From NCBI GenBank assembly GCA_963712275.1, contig CAVQHD010000001.1, positions 928,001 to 992,000 on the forward strand: a DNA stretch of 64,000 nt, read 5' to 3'. How positions within the stretch are numbered: the first letter of the stretch is position 1; every line of letters starts with the position of its first letter. Shown here piece after piece: positions 38,745-49,100 of this stretch. A model generated the notes under the pieces. That model ran no database searches. It worked only from the letters and a program-made list of their open reading frames with translations, and was not told where the DNA came from. The DNA is from an uncultured Rhabdochlamydiaceae bacterium (GTDB lineage: Bacteria > Chlamydiota > Chlamydiia > Chlamydiales > Rhabdochlamydiaceae). The position numbers and the translations under genes were made by a program.

Positions 38745-39217
38745 CGTGTGAAGTGGTATCCTCGCTGCCGAAACCGGACAGCAATCCTTTCTTTGAGAAG
38801 ATTGAGTCCTTCGGGACATATTTTATCCAGAATCGGTTTTACGGCGAGCTCATTTTGATGCCGGATCAGAAAAAGAAGAAGATTTTCATTGGACTCACAA
38901 GCAAGAATAAAAGGTTCTAAGAGGAGGACAACTTCACGGGCAGGGCGATGAAGATTTTGAAAGAGAGATGGGATATGGGAGGCGAGGGCAGGAAAGGCAA
39001 TCGGCATGAGAGAGAGGTGTTCACGGACTTTTGGGGCAGACGGGCTTTTGAAAGCCCAGTCAAAAGGGGTGTGTAAAGGAGCGGGACCCTCGGTGAGTCC
39101 ATGAGGGTTTTTAACGAGCTCTTTTAGGATCAGGAGAAGAATTAAAGAGGGATTGTTGTTGTCTGCAACAGTTGTGGAAGAAAAAGGGGAGTAAAAGTAA
39201 ACTTGTCCGCCCAACAT
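38717..39217 (-). CDS. Hypothetical protein
   Basis: ORF tightly packed between ftsY and the next gene. Confidence 0.6.
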   Translation of the reverse strand: MLGGQVYFYSPFSSTTVADNNNPSLILLLILKELVKNPHGLTEGPAPLHTPFDWAFKSPSAPKVREHLSLMPIAFPALASHIPSLFQNLHRPAREVVLLLEPFILACESNENLLLFLIRHQNELAVKPILDKICPEGLNLLKERIAVRFRQRGYHFTRWTHSSKTL

Positions 39218-39234
39218 TTAATTTGAAAATACTC

Positions 39235-40149
39235 TTAGATCCGATTTTCAAACAACCCGGAAACATAAGCCTCTTGGTCAAAGGGGATTAAGTCGTCTGC
39301 TCTTTCACCAATCCCGATCCATTGAATGGGAACTGCAAGTTCTTTGTAGATCGGCAGGGCAATTCCTCCTTTGGCGCTTCCGTCGAGTTTAGTCAAAATA
39401 ATCCCTGTTAAAGGAGTGAATTGATGGAAAATTCTAGCTTGCTCGACTCCATTTTGTCCTGTCATTGCATCCACCACAAAAAGGATTTCGTGAGGAGCGC
39501 CGGGAACGACTTTTGATGAAACACGTCGAATTTTTTCAAGCTGTTGCATAAGATCTGTTTTATTTTGCAGACGGCCTGCCGTATCAATGAGAACCGTATC
39601 GAAACCCCGACTTACCGCAGCGGTGAGAGTATCAAAGACAACACTCGAAGGGTCACTGCTAGGCTGTGCTTTGACAATATCGATTCCAAGTTTTTGAGCC
39701 CAGAGAGCGAGCTGGTCGATAGCCCCTGCTCGAAACGTATCGGCAGCGCCCATCAAAACCTTTTTTCCTTGCTGCTTGTAGAGTTTAGCTAGTTTTGCAA
39801 TCGATGTCGTTTTTCCACTGCCGTTAACTCCGACAATTAAGATCACCTGAGGATGGCCTTGAGAGGGGAAAGCTCTAGGAGAAGCTAAAAAAATTTCTTT
39901 TGCCCGCAGCTTCATACAAGCCAAAATCTCATCAGGAGTAGCTTTCGGATGCCGTTTTAAGAATTTTTTAACCTCTTCGATAAGATCATGTGTGGCAGCA
40001 GAGCCGATATCGGCTTCATAGAGGATTTGCTCAAGTTTTTCATACGCTTCATCTGTGAGAGGAGAGGTAAAAAGAGCGCGCAAGCGAGATCCTAAATAAG
40101 ACCCTGTTTTGCTCAGCGCAGATTTGATTTTTTTGAAGAAACCTAACAT
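39235..40149 (-). CDS. ftsY: SRP receptor FtsY
   Basis: Motifs GVNGSGKTT, DTFRAGA, DTAGRL and TKLDGSAKGG. Confidence 0.97.
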   Translation of the reverse strand: MLGFFKKIKSALSKTGSYLGSRLRALFTSPLTDEAYEKLEQILYEADIGSAATHDLIEEVKKFLKRHPKATPDEILACMKLRAKEIFLASPRAFPSQGHPQVILIVGVNGSGKTTSIAKLAKLYKQQGKKVLMGAADTFRAGAIDQLALWAQKLGIDIVKAQPSSDPSSVVFDTLTAAVSRGFDTVLIDTAGRLQNKTDLMQQLEKIRRVSSKVVPGAPHEILFVVDAMTGQNGVEQARIFHQFTPLTGIILTKLDGSAKGGIALPIYKELAVPIQWIGIGERADDLIPFDQEAYVSGLFENRI

Positions 40150-40171
40150 GGAGAATAAGTATAATGGATTC

Positions 40172-40891
40172 GTGAAAAATTTAAAACTAACGATTGCCTA
40201 TGAAGGGACAAATTATCTCGGCTGGCAGAAGACAAAGATAGGGCCTAGTGTTGAAGAAGAGCTTGAAAAGGCGGCTTCTCAAATTGTGCAGCACCCTATT
40301 CAGTTTCAAGCAGCGAGCCGGACCGACGCAGGAGTCCATGCGGAGGGACAGGTGGTTAATTTTCTTTCTAAGACGCCCCTTTCCTTAAGCCGTCTTCAAA
40401 AAAGCATGAATGGACTTCTTCCGAAAGATATTCAGGTGCTTCACATGGAAGAGATGCCCCTCTCTTTTCATCCCACCCTCGATGCGAAAGGAAAAGAGTA
40501 TCAATATCATGTCTGTTTAGGAGCTGCTCAGCTTCCATTCGACAGGAAATTTTCATGGCATTTTTTAAAACCGGTCGATGTTGAGAAGATGAGGAAGGCG
40601 GCTTGTTATTTCATTGGAGAACACGACTTTTCAGCGCTGACAAGTGATCCTCAAGAAGATAATAGGCGAGAGATTTTTCACATCGAAGTTGAAGAACTTG
40701 GGGAGAATCGATTAAAGATTCGCGTGTCAGGAAACCGTTTTCTTTATAAGATGGTACGTGTGATTGTAGGAACTCTTCTTTATGTCGGATGTGGAATGTT
40801 AGAGATCAAAGAGATTCCTCGCCACCGAAAGGACGCCGGAATGACAGCTCCGGCGCATGGATTAACCTTAAAAAAAGTGTTTTATGATTGA
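40172..40891 (+). CDS. truA: tRNA pseudouridine(38-40) synthase
   Basis: Motifs YEGTNYLGWQ, SRTDAGVHA and FLYKMVR; GTG start inferred. Confidence 0.95.
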   Translation: MKNLKLTIAYEGTNYLGWQKTKIGPSVEEELEKAASQIVQHPIQFQAASRTDAGVHAEGQVVNFLSKTPLSLSRLQKSMNGLLPKDIQVLHMEEMPLSFHPTLDAKGKEYQYHVCLGAAQLPFDRKFSWHFLKPVDVEKMRKAACYFIGEHDFSALTSDPQEDNRREIFHIEVEELGENRLKIRVSGNRFLYKMVRVIVGTLLYVGCGMLEIKEIPRHRKDAGMTAPAHGLTLKKVFYD

Positions 40892-41756
40892 GCGCAACGA
40901 CCCATGTTGGTGCAGTAGTGGTTTGAAGTGGAAGAAATGTCACTACCCTGTCCAGCCTTACCATGACTTTAAAGAGCTAGTACAGGACTACAAAAAACGG
41001 TATGGGATTTTTCTTAAAACAGAGACGCAGATCCAAGGGATTAGGCGAGCTTGCCGTCTTGCAGCCACGATTTTACAAAAAACGTGCCAGCAAGCGCGTG
41101 AAGGGGTGACCACCAACGAGCTCAATGACTTTGCAGAAAAGCTGCACCGAGAAGCGGGGGCTAAGGCAGCCTCTTTAGGTTACGGAGATCCCCCTTTTCC
41201 TAAAAGCATTTGCACCTCTCTTAACGAAGTCATCTGCCATGGCATTCCTGATGACCGCCCTTTGCAAAGGGGAGATATCCTCAACGTCGATGTAGCGTGT
41301 GTTTTGGATGGATATTACGGCGACTGCAGCGCGATGGTTGTGATTGAGCCTATAGATGAAGACAAAAGGCGTGTCGTCGACGTTTCAAAAGAGTGCCTAC
41401 GCCGCTCCATCGAGATCCTAAAACCAGGAGTGCTCATTTCAGAGGTTGGGCGTATGATTGAAGAGTATGCCAGGGCTCACAACTGCTCTGTCGTTAACCA
41501 ATTTGTAGGGCATGGGGTGGGACTTCAATTTCATGAACCTCCGCAAGTGCCGCACCATTTCAATCAGCTTTCCATCCCATTTGCCGAAGGAATGACATTT
41601 ACAATTGAGCCGATGATCAATGCGGGAGTCCGCTCAGGAGAAATCGATCCCATCGACAGGTGGACCGTCCGTACTTCCGACGGCAAGCCCAGCGCTCAAT
41701 GGGAGCACACCATTCTGATCACACGAGAAGGGCATGAGGTTTTAACGCTAGCTTAG
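40884..41756 (+). CDS. map: Methionine aminopeptidase with N-terminal SEC-C motif
   Basis: RNDPCWCSSGLKWKKCH; CHGIP, GHGVG, FHEPP, TIEPM and QWEHT. Confidence 0.96.
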   Translation: MIERNDPCWCSSGLKWKKCHYPVQPYHDFKELVQDYKKRYGIFLKTETQIQGIRRACRLAATILQKTCQQAREGVTTNELNDFAEKLHREAGAKAASLGYGDPPFPKSICTSLNEVICHGIPDDRPLQRGDILNVDVACVLDGYYGDCSAMVVIEPIDEDKRRVVDVSKECLRRSIEILKPGVLISEVGRMIEEYARAHNCSVVNQFVGHGVGLQFHEPPQVPHHFNQLSIPFAEGMTFTIEPMINAGVRSGEIDPIDRWTVRTSDGKPSAQWEHTILITREGHEVLTLA

Positions 41757-41757
41757 G

Positions 41758-41804
41758 GAGCCGTTTACAAAGCCCCGACTGCGTCGGGGCTTTGTAAACG
41801 GCTC
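41758..41804. terminator. Perfect 22-bp-stem hairpin between convergent genes
   Basis: GAGCCGTTTACAAAGCCCCGAC-TGC-GTCGGGGCTTTGTAAACGGCTC. Confidence 0.65.
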
Positions 41805-41810
41805 ACTCGC

Positions 41811-42068
41811 TTATTCTTTTTTAGCTCGAAATCCTTCATCGCTGCCTATGAATGTAGCGATGAAAATATGAGTAATGAGCGCCACCACCGCTGCCATCTC
41901 GTATACTTGCACAATGTTTTTATAAGAGGCGTTAACCGTCCATCGAACAGTAACAGCTCCAAAAAGTGTTAGAGTGTGAGCGCAAACCTTCCCATACGTG
42001 TTTGTTTTATCCCAAAAATTAACATAGTTATTGAGCGCTCTAAACGCGAGTTGAATTGGATTACACAT
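41811..42068 (-). CDS. Small hypothetical membrane protein
   Basis: 85 aa; two hydrophobic segments; overlaps the upstream ORF. Confidence 0.55.
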   Translation of the reverse strand: MCNPIQLAFRALNNYVNFWDKTNTYGKVCAHTLTLFGAVTVRWTVNASYKNIVQVYEMAAVVALITHIFIATFIGSDEGFRAKKE

Positions 42069-42732
42069 GGTAATGTACTACCGTTATCTTGTTTGTTTTA
42101 GAAAGAGTCATTTCAAGCTGCATTTGATCAAAATATTTTTTTGAGCGATCAAGCTGCTCTTTTTCTTGCTCTATATTTTGTGCCTGGCGCTCTTCTATTT
42201 TTACAACTTTATCTTTGAGTCTTAAGATTCTATGGGTGTTGATTTGAGAACACAAATTTTCTGTTAATTCTCTTTTTTCCTCTCGGTATGAAGCGAATCT
42301 ATAAAACCCATAGACGAATCCAGCAACTAAAAAAGATATGGCTGCCGCTTTTACAGCATCTTTTCCTGCGCTCTCTAAACGTTGAACTTCACGCTTGTCA
42401 TAAAGAATGCGATCTTTTTCCGCATCCTCTGCTTTCCAGTAAATCTCCGGTCTAAATGGGTCTGGCTTGTTCAGCTTTACATCAGCGCCGTACGTGACTG
42501 TGCTAATGCCGCTACTAATACCAAGGCCTGCGTAAATACTTTTAAGGAAAATGTCTTTATAGCTGTTATGTTCTGCAAGGTCTTGAAGTTCCTTGTCAAA
42601 GCGGTTCTTTTCTTCAATTAAAGTCTTCTGCTCTTCCTCATCCATTTTGGATAGAAGCTTGCACAGCTGCTGTCCCTGTAAGAGAGGAATTGAAGAGGCG
42701 AGCATGTAATGTTGAACAGTTGATAGAGACAT
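42061..42732 (-). CDS. Hypothetical protein (hydrophobic segments + coiled coil)
   Basis: 223-aa ORF. Confidence 0.65.
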   Translation of the reverse strand: MSLSTVQHYMLASSIPLLQGQQLCKLLSKMDEEEQKTLIEEKNRFDKELQDLAEHNSYKDIFLKSIYAGLGISSGISTVTYGADVKLNKPDPFRPEIYWKAEDAEKDRILYDKREVQRLESAGKDAVKAAAISFLVAGFVYGFYRFASYREEKRELTENLCSQINTHRILRLKDKVVKIEERQAQNIEQEKEQLDRSKKYFDQMQLEMTLSKTNKITVVHYHV

Positions 42733-42953
42733 GAAAAACCTTCCTGCTAAGGAGAAATTTTATGGAGCAAGAGTTTTTTTAGCAAGTATATAAATTACTC
42801 ATCTACCCCACTAGCAGAGGGAAGATCGGGCAAGGGAACGGGCACGGCAACGTTCACGAAAGAGGTCCTTGAGCTATTTTTGTGAACATCGAGACGAAGC
42901 ATATCAGTAATTTACGCCCTTGCTTATATTGCGCTGAATAGTTACAGTCCCTT

Positions 42954-43424
42954 TTAAGATTTGTCTTTGATCTGATACTCGAAGCTAAACAAGTCGGGCT
43001 CGGTTTGTGCGAGATAGAATTCACTCAGCTTTCGCTCTTTTTGAATGAGGAGTTGGGCGGCAGATTGACCCTCTTGCCGGAGCTTTTCAATCTCTTGCTG
43101 GTGAACTTCCACGAGCTTTTGATAGGATAAGCATCTTTCTTCAGATCGAATCGATTTCTTTTGAAGCTTTTGAATCTCTCGATTGAGTCCATCGATCGTT
43201 TGAGAAGCCAAGGCTTCGGCCTCCTCAAGGCGCATCTGCCACTGGAGTTTTTCGTCCTGCTTCTCTGCTGTTTCAACGGGCTTTTCTGGCTTCAGGAGAA
43301 TTAAAAAGATCGGCGTGGCAAATGTTGCTCCTGCTACCACCGATCCCCAGTGGGCAGCATCTCTTTGGATCACAATCCAAAGCAAGCTTAAGGCCATCAA
43401 AACCGCTCCAATCCATTTCAACAT
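42954..43424 (-). CDS. Hypothetical membrane-anchored coiled-coil protein
   Basis: Two N-terminal TM segments followed by a coiled coil. Confidence 0.65.
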   Translation of the reverse strand: MLKWIGAVLMALSLLWIVIQRDAAHWGSVVAGATFATPIFLILLKPEKPVETAEKQDEKLQWQMRLEEAEALASQTIDGLNREIQKLQKKSIRSEERCLSYQKLVEVHQQEIEKLRQEGQSAAQLLIQKERKLSEFYLAQTEPDLFSFEYQIKDKS

Positions 43425-44791
43425 GCAGAGAGCCTCCCCAAAATAGTGCCCATTGCCAGAAATCCCATTTCGAGCTGGTGCAGCCCAAAGTGTTCATTGG
43501 GTGCATGAATATCGTCTGAGTCCAGCCCTACACCGATCATCGCCACTTCACCTCCGACGGCTGCAGCCAGATCGGAGACAAGAGGAACAGAGGCTCCGCA
43601 GAGGATTTTTCGACAAGGTTTTCCATAAACTTCAGCATAGGCATCAGCGCATAGCTCTGCAAGAGTTGTCTTTGGAGAAGTCCGTACAGGTTTTCCGCCA
43701 TGGTCATGCGTGATTTCAAGTTCAAGTCCTTTAGGGGCCTCTTGTTTTAAGAATCGGGTCATACAATCGGCAATCTTAAGAGGGTCTTGGTGAGGGACAA
43801 GGCGGCATGAGATTTTTGCAATCGATTGAGAGGGAATCACTGTCTTAAATCCTGCCCCCGTATACCCGCCTGAGATTCCATTAATTTCAAGCGTTGGACG
43901 AATGGTATTTGATTCCCATAGAGAAAAAACCCCTTCTCCTTGAAAAGCTCGCATCCCAAATTGTTTTTGAAGATAAGCGAGGTCTAGCTCCTGATAAATA
44001 TCTTGGAGTTCTTCTTTGGAGGGGGTCTGAGTATCATCATAAAAACCTGGAACCGTCACTTTTCCATTGGCATCCCAGAGCTTAGCAAGCAGTTGGATGA
44101 GGGCTCGATTCGGATTTAAAGCAATGCCTCCATGAATGCCGGAATGCAGATCAATCTTTGAATTTCGACATTTGACTTCAAGAGCGACAATGCCTCGAAG
44201 TCCAATCGTAATCGCAGGAGTGGATGCTTCAGGCAGCCCCATGTCGACAATCAATAGGTAATCGGCTTTGAGCGCTTCTTTTTTTTCTTGCACCATTTGA
44301 AAGGCGCCCACGCTTCCGCATTCTTCCTCACCCTCGATAAAGAGTTTGATGTTCAGATGGGATTGTTTGCAAAGCTCAAAAAATGCCTGCAGTGCAGCCA
44401 GCGTATTAAAACATTGCCCTTTATTGTCTGAAGCTCCTCGAGCATAGACAAAGTCTCCTCGAACCTGAGGTTCAAAAGGAGGAGAAATCCATTTTTCAAT
44501 GGGATCGATGGGTTGAACATCGTAATGGTGATAAATAAGAACAGTGGGATAGGAAGGATTGACGATATGGGTTGCAAACACAACAGGATGTTTTCGGGTC
44601 TTCCAAAGATCGACTTTAAAGCCGATTTTTTTCAATCGATCTCCCACCCATTCCGCTGTTTTTCGAACATCGGAGGCATAGGCAGGATCGGTACTGACAG
44701 ATGGAAGTTTTAAAAATTCCAGGTAATCAGCGAGCAGTTTTGCTTGGTGTGTCTGATACCAGACGCGCAATTCTTTTAAGGTTGGTTTCAC
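43418..44791 (-). CDS. M20 family dipeptidase
   Basis: Motifs HYDVQP, ARGASDNKG, EGEEE, DLHSG and IHAPNE. Confidence 0.93.
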   Translation of the reverse strand: MKPTLKELRVWYQTHQAKLLADYLEFLKLPSVSTDPAYASDVRKTAEWVGDRLKKIGFKVDLWKTRKHPVVFATHIVNPSYPTVLIYHHYDVQPIDPIEKWISPPFEPQVRGDFVYARGASDNKGQCFNTLAALQAFFELCKQSHLNIKLFIEGEEECGSVGAFQMVQEKKEALKADYLLIVDMGLPEASTPAITIGLRGIVALEVKCRNSKIDLHSGIHGGIALNPNRALIQLLAKLWDANGKVTVPGFYDDTQTPSKEELQDIYQELDLAYLQKQFGMRAFQGEGVFSLWESNTIRPTLEINGISGGYTGAGFKTVIPSQSIAKISCRLVPHQDPLKIADCMTRFLKQEAPKGLELEITHDHGGKPVRTSPKTTLAELCADAYAEVYGKPCRKILCGASVPLVSDLAAAVGGEVAMIGVGLDSDDIHAPNEHFGLHQLEMGFLAMGTILGRLSAC

Positions 44792-45012
44792 AAGACCTCG
44801 TTGATAATGGAGGAGGCGCTTTCAACCAAATAGGCGGCGAGGGTGGGATCTTCTCCATAACCTCCGTAGGTCATTTCGACCTCTATTTGACCATCCTTCG
44901 GTTCTCCGCAGGTGATGAGAACGTAACATTGATTATCTTCAGAAAGCTTTTGAAAAATGTTGGAGCTTCGATCATGTCTTGCCCATGAAAATCGATTTGC
45001 ACTCTTCACCAT
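44788..45012 (-). CDS. Small hypothetical protein
   Basis: CYVLITCGEP...VEMTY...LAAYL; 4-bp overlap with the M20 gene. Confidence 0.65.
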   Translation of the reverse strand: MVKSANRFSWARHDRSSNIFQKLSEDNQCYVLITCGEPKDGQIEVEMTYGGYGEDPTLAAYLVESASSIINEVL

Positions 45013-45208
45013 GAAAACCTCTTGTTGCGAAGGCCTGTTAAATTAAATTTAGAAAACTTAAACGTCAAAAAATTAAATTCAAAAAGAATACATCTCATAA
45101 TTCAATTTAATCTGCAATCTCTCCTTAAGATTAAAATTAAAAATTAACAATCCCTTGACTGTTAAACGTTATAAGGGTTATCCTCGACCCAAAATAAGAG
45201 GTTCGAAG

Positions 45209-46117
45209 ATGGGATATCTCAAGAGGATTTTTCTCTTTCTTGCTATTAACGCGCTCGTCATTTTGACGATTTCTGTTATTTTAAACCTTTTCCATGTGCA
45301 GCCTTTTTTGCAAGCGCATGGGGTGAGCTATAAAGATCTCTTAGTCTTTTGTCTGATTTGGGGGTTTGGAGGGGCTTTTATTTCGCTCTCGCTTTCACGT
45401 CTTATGGCTAAATGGATGATGGGGGTTCGCATCATTGATCCAAATACCAGCGATCCTGAGCTCAAAGCGCTTGTTCAAACAGTTTACGGTCTTGCCAAGA
45501 GCGCCCATCTTTCAGTGATGCCTCAAGTCGGTATTTACGAATCTGCTGAAATCAACGCCTTTGCAACAGGCCCTTCACGCCGCCGCTCTCTTGTTGCCGT
45601 CTCCCGAGGTCTTCTGAATCGAATGTCTCAGCAAGAGCTTGAAGGTGTACTAGGGCATGAGATCTCCCACATTGCTAATGGCGATATGGTCACAATGACT
45701 CTCATTCAAGGAGTCATCAACGCCTTTGTGATGTTCCTTGCACGCGCGCTCGCCCTTGCTTTATCCGGGTTTGGCAATCAAAACAGCCGTCAAAGGTCGT
45801 CTTATATGACGTATGCTATTTTAGTCTTTGTTTTTGAGGTTGTTTTTATGGTTTTAGGAATGCTTGTGATTACAGCCTATTCTCGGCAGCGCGAATTTCG
45901 GGCGGACCGCGGAGGAGCTCAGCTTGCTGGCCGGGATAAAATGATTGCTGCCTTAGAAGCTCTTCAACGCACAAAGCAGATTCATGACTCCAAAGCAGAG
46001 CAGCCTTCGTTTCAATCGATGAAAATCTCCAACCCTACCCGCCGTGGCATCATGCGATTTTTTGTCACGCATCCCCCTCTTGAGGTCAGAATTGAGAGAT
46101 TGAAGCAGGTCGGATAA
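45209..46117 (+). CDS. htpX: Protease HtpX
   Basis: Motifs NAFATG, HEISH, SRQREFRAD and THPPLEVRI; ATG 45209. Confidence 0.95.
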   Translation: MGYLKRIFLFLAINALVILTISVILNLFHVQPFLQAHGVSYKDLLVFCLIWGFGGAFISLSLSRLMAKWMMGVRIIDPNTSDPELKALVQTVYGLAKSAHLSVMPQVGIYESAEINAFATGPSRRRSLVAVSRGLLNRMSQQELEGVLGHEISHIANGDMVTMTLIQGVINAFVMFLARALALALSGFGNQNSRQRSSYMTYAILVFVFEVVFMVLGMLVITAYSRQREFRADRGGAQLAGRDKMIAALEALQRTKQIHDSKAEQPSFQSMKISNPTRRGIMRFFVTHPPLEVRIERLKQVG

Positions 46118-46149
46118 GTCCTGATCTGCAGCAACCACAATTCTTCATC

Positions 46150-49100
46150 TTAGGACAAAGTGCAAGAATCTTTGGTTCCCTTTGGAAAATTCTCTCGCAA
46201 CCAATTTGCGACTTCATTTTGACGATATCTCGTGGCTACCATGAAGGGGGGTTCTTTATTCACCCTTACAAAAGGTTGGTGAGGGTCTTGAGAGCAGAGC
46301 CACTGAGCCATCGGCAGATGGCCTCCTGCAGCAGCAGCATGAAGAGGAGTCCAGCCGTCCTGCCTAAACTTCCCCAGGAGAGAAGGATCTTGGGAGCAGA
46401 GCCACTGAGCCATCGGCACATGGCCTTCTTGAGCAGCAGAATGAAGAGGAGTTGCGCCGTCCTGCTTAAACTTCCCCAGGAGAGAAGGGTCTTGAGAGCA
46501 GAGCCACTGGGCCATCGGCACATGGCCTTCTTGAGCAGCAGCATGAAGAGGGGTCACGCCGTCCTGCCTAAACTTCCCAAGGAGCGAAGGATCTTGAGAG
46601 CAGAGCCACTGGGCCATCGGCACATGGCCTTCTTGAGCAGCAGAATGAAGAGGAGTCTGGCCGTCCTGCATAAACTTCCCGAGGAGCGAAGGGTCTTGGG
46701 AGCAGAGCCACTGGGCCATCGGCACATGGCCTTCTTGAGCAGCAGAATGAAGAGGGGTCACGCCGTCCTGCCTAAACTTCCCCAGGAGAGAAGGGTCTTG
46801 AGAGCAGAGCCACTGAGCCATCGGCAGATGGCCTTTTAGAGCAGCAACATGAAGAGGAGTAAAGCCGTCCTGCCTAAACTTCCCAAGGAGCGAAGGATCT
46901 TGAGAGCAGAGCCACTGGGCCATCGGCACATGGCCTTCTTGAGCAGCAGAATGAAGAGGAGTCTGGCCGTCCTGCATAAACTTCCCGAGGAGAGAAGGGT
47001 CTTGGGAGCAGAGCCACTGCGCCATCGGCACATGGCCTTCTTGAGCAGCAGAATGAAGAGGAGTCCAGCCGCCCTGCCTAAACTTCCCGAGGAGAGAGGG
47101 GTCTTGGGAGCAGAGCCACTGAGCCATCGGCACATGGCCTTCTTGAGCAGCAGAATGAAGAGGAGTCTGGCCGTCCTGCATAAACTTCCCGAGGAGAGAA
47201 GGGTCTTGGGAGCAGAGCCACTGCGCCATCGGCACATGGCCTTCTTGAGCAGCAGAATGAAGAGGAGTCCAGCCGCCCTGCCTAAACTTCCCGAGGAGAG
47301 AGGGGTCTTGGGAGCAGAGCCACTGCGCCATCGGCACATGGCCTTTTTGAGCAGCAGCATAAAGAGGAGTCCAGCCGTCCTGCATAAACTTCCCCAGGAG
47401 AGAAGGGTCTTGGGAGCAGAGCCACTGCGCCATCGGCACATGGCCTTTTAAAGCAGCAACATGAAGAGGAGTCCAGCCGTCCTGCCTAAACTTCCCCAGG
47501 AGAGAAGGGTCTTGGGAGCAGAGCCACTGCGCCATCGGCACATGGCCTTTTTGAGCAGCAGCATGAAGAGGAGTCCAGCCGTCCTGCCTAAACTTCCCCA
47601 GGAGAGAAGGGTCTTGGGAGCAGAGCCACTGCGCCATCGGCACATGGCCTTTTAAAGCAGCAGAATGAAGAGGAGTCCAGCCGTCCTGCATAAACTTCCC
47701 GAGGAGAGAAGGGTCTTGGGAGCAGAGCCACTGAGCCATCGGCACATGGCCTTCTTGAGCAGCAGCATGAAGAGGGGTCACGCCGTCCTGCTTAAACTTC
47801 CCCAGGAGAGAAGGGTCTTGAGAGCAGAGCCACTGGGCCATCGGCACATGGCCTTTTAAAGCAGCAGAATGAAGAGGAGTAAAGCCGTCCTGCTTAAACT
47901 TCCCCAGGAGAGAAGGGTCTTGAGAGCAGAGCCACTGCGCCATCGGCAGATGGCCTCCTGCAGCAGCAGCATGAAGAGGAGTCCAGCCGTCCTGCCTAAA
48001 CTTCCCCAGGAGAGAAGGATCTTGGGAGCAGAGCCACTGAGCCATCGGCACATGGCCTTCTTGAGCAGCAGAATGAAGAGGAGTCCAGCCGCCCTGCCTA
48101 AACTTCCCGAGGAGAGAGGGGTCTTGGGAGCAGAGCCACTGCGCCATCGGTACATGGCCTTCTTGAGCAGCAGCATGAAGAGGAGTCCAGCCGTCCTGCT
48201 TAAACTTCCCCAGGAGAGAAGGGTCTTGGGAGCAGAGCCACTGAGCCATCGGCACATGGCCTTTTAGAGCAGCAGCATGAAGAGGAGTCCAGCCGTCCTG
48301 CTTAAACTTCCCCAGGAGAGAAGGATCTTGAGAGCAGAGCCACTGCGCCATCGGCACATGGCCTTCTTGAGCAGCAGCATGAAGAGGGGTCACGCCGTCC
48401 TGCCTAAACTTCCCCAGGAGAGAAGGGTCTTGGGAGCAGAGCCACTGCGCCATCGGCACATGGCCTTTTTGAGCAGCAGCATAAAGAGGAGTCCAGCCGT
48501 CCTGCATAAACTTCCCCAGGAGAGAAGGGTCTTGGGAGCAGAGCCACTGCGCCATCGGCACATGGCCTTTTTGAGCAGCAGCATGAAGAGGAGTCCAGCC
48601 GTCCTGCTTAAACTTCCCCAGGAGAGAAGGGTCTTGGGAGCAGAGCCACTGCGCCATCGGCACATGGCCTTTTAAAGCAGCAGAATGAAGAGGAGTCCAG
48701 CCGTCCTGCCTAAACTTCCCCAGGAGAGAAGGGTCTTGGGAGCAGAGCCACTGCGCCATCGGCACATGGCCTTTTAAAGCAGCAGCATGAAGAGGAGTCA
48801 AGCCGTCCTGCATAAACTTCCCGAGGAGAGAAGGGTCTTGGGAGCAGAGCCACTGCGCCATCGGCACATGGCCTTCTTCAGCAGCAGCATGAAGAGGAGT
48901 CCAGCCGTCCTTGCTAAACTTCCCCAGGAGAGAAGGGTCTTTTTCATGAAGCCACTTTGCTAATTCAAGATTTCCTACAAAACATGTCCAAAAAAAGGGA
49001 AAGAACCCGCGTTTATCTGCCTGGAGCATGAGACTTGGGTTTTTGGCATAAAGGTATTTCAGCGCATGGGTTTGTTTATAAAAATCAGTATCCTCAACAA

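Noticed and set aside
42815..42900. Purine-rich intergenic stretch (GGGCAAGGGAACGGGCACGGCAACG) as a possible ncRNA
   Set aside because: No recognisable family motif or convincing long stem.
46219..48675. Many repetitive alternative-frame ORFs over the ankyrin array (also 53843-54613 and 18090-19536)
   Set aside because: Shadows of the 102-bp and 126-bp coding repeats; they are broken wherever a Leu codon variant creates a stop.
46280..48920. CRISPR array or DGR template/variable repeat
   Set aside because: The units are contiguous in-frame coding repeats with no unique spacers. There are no cas genes or reverse transcriptase in the window, and variation is not adenine-specific.
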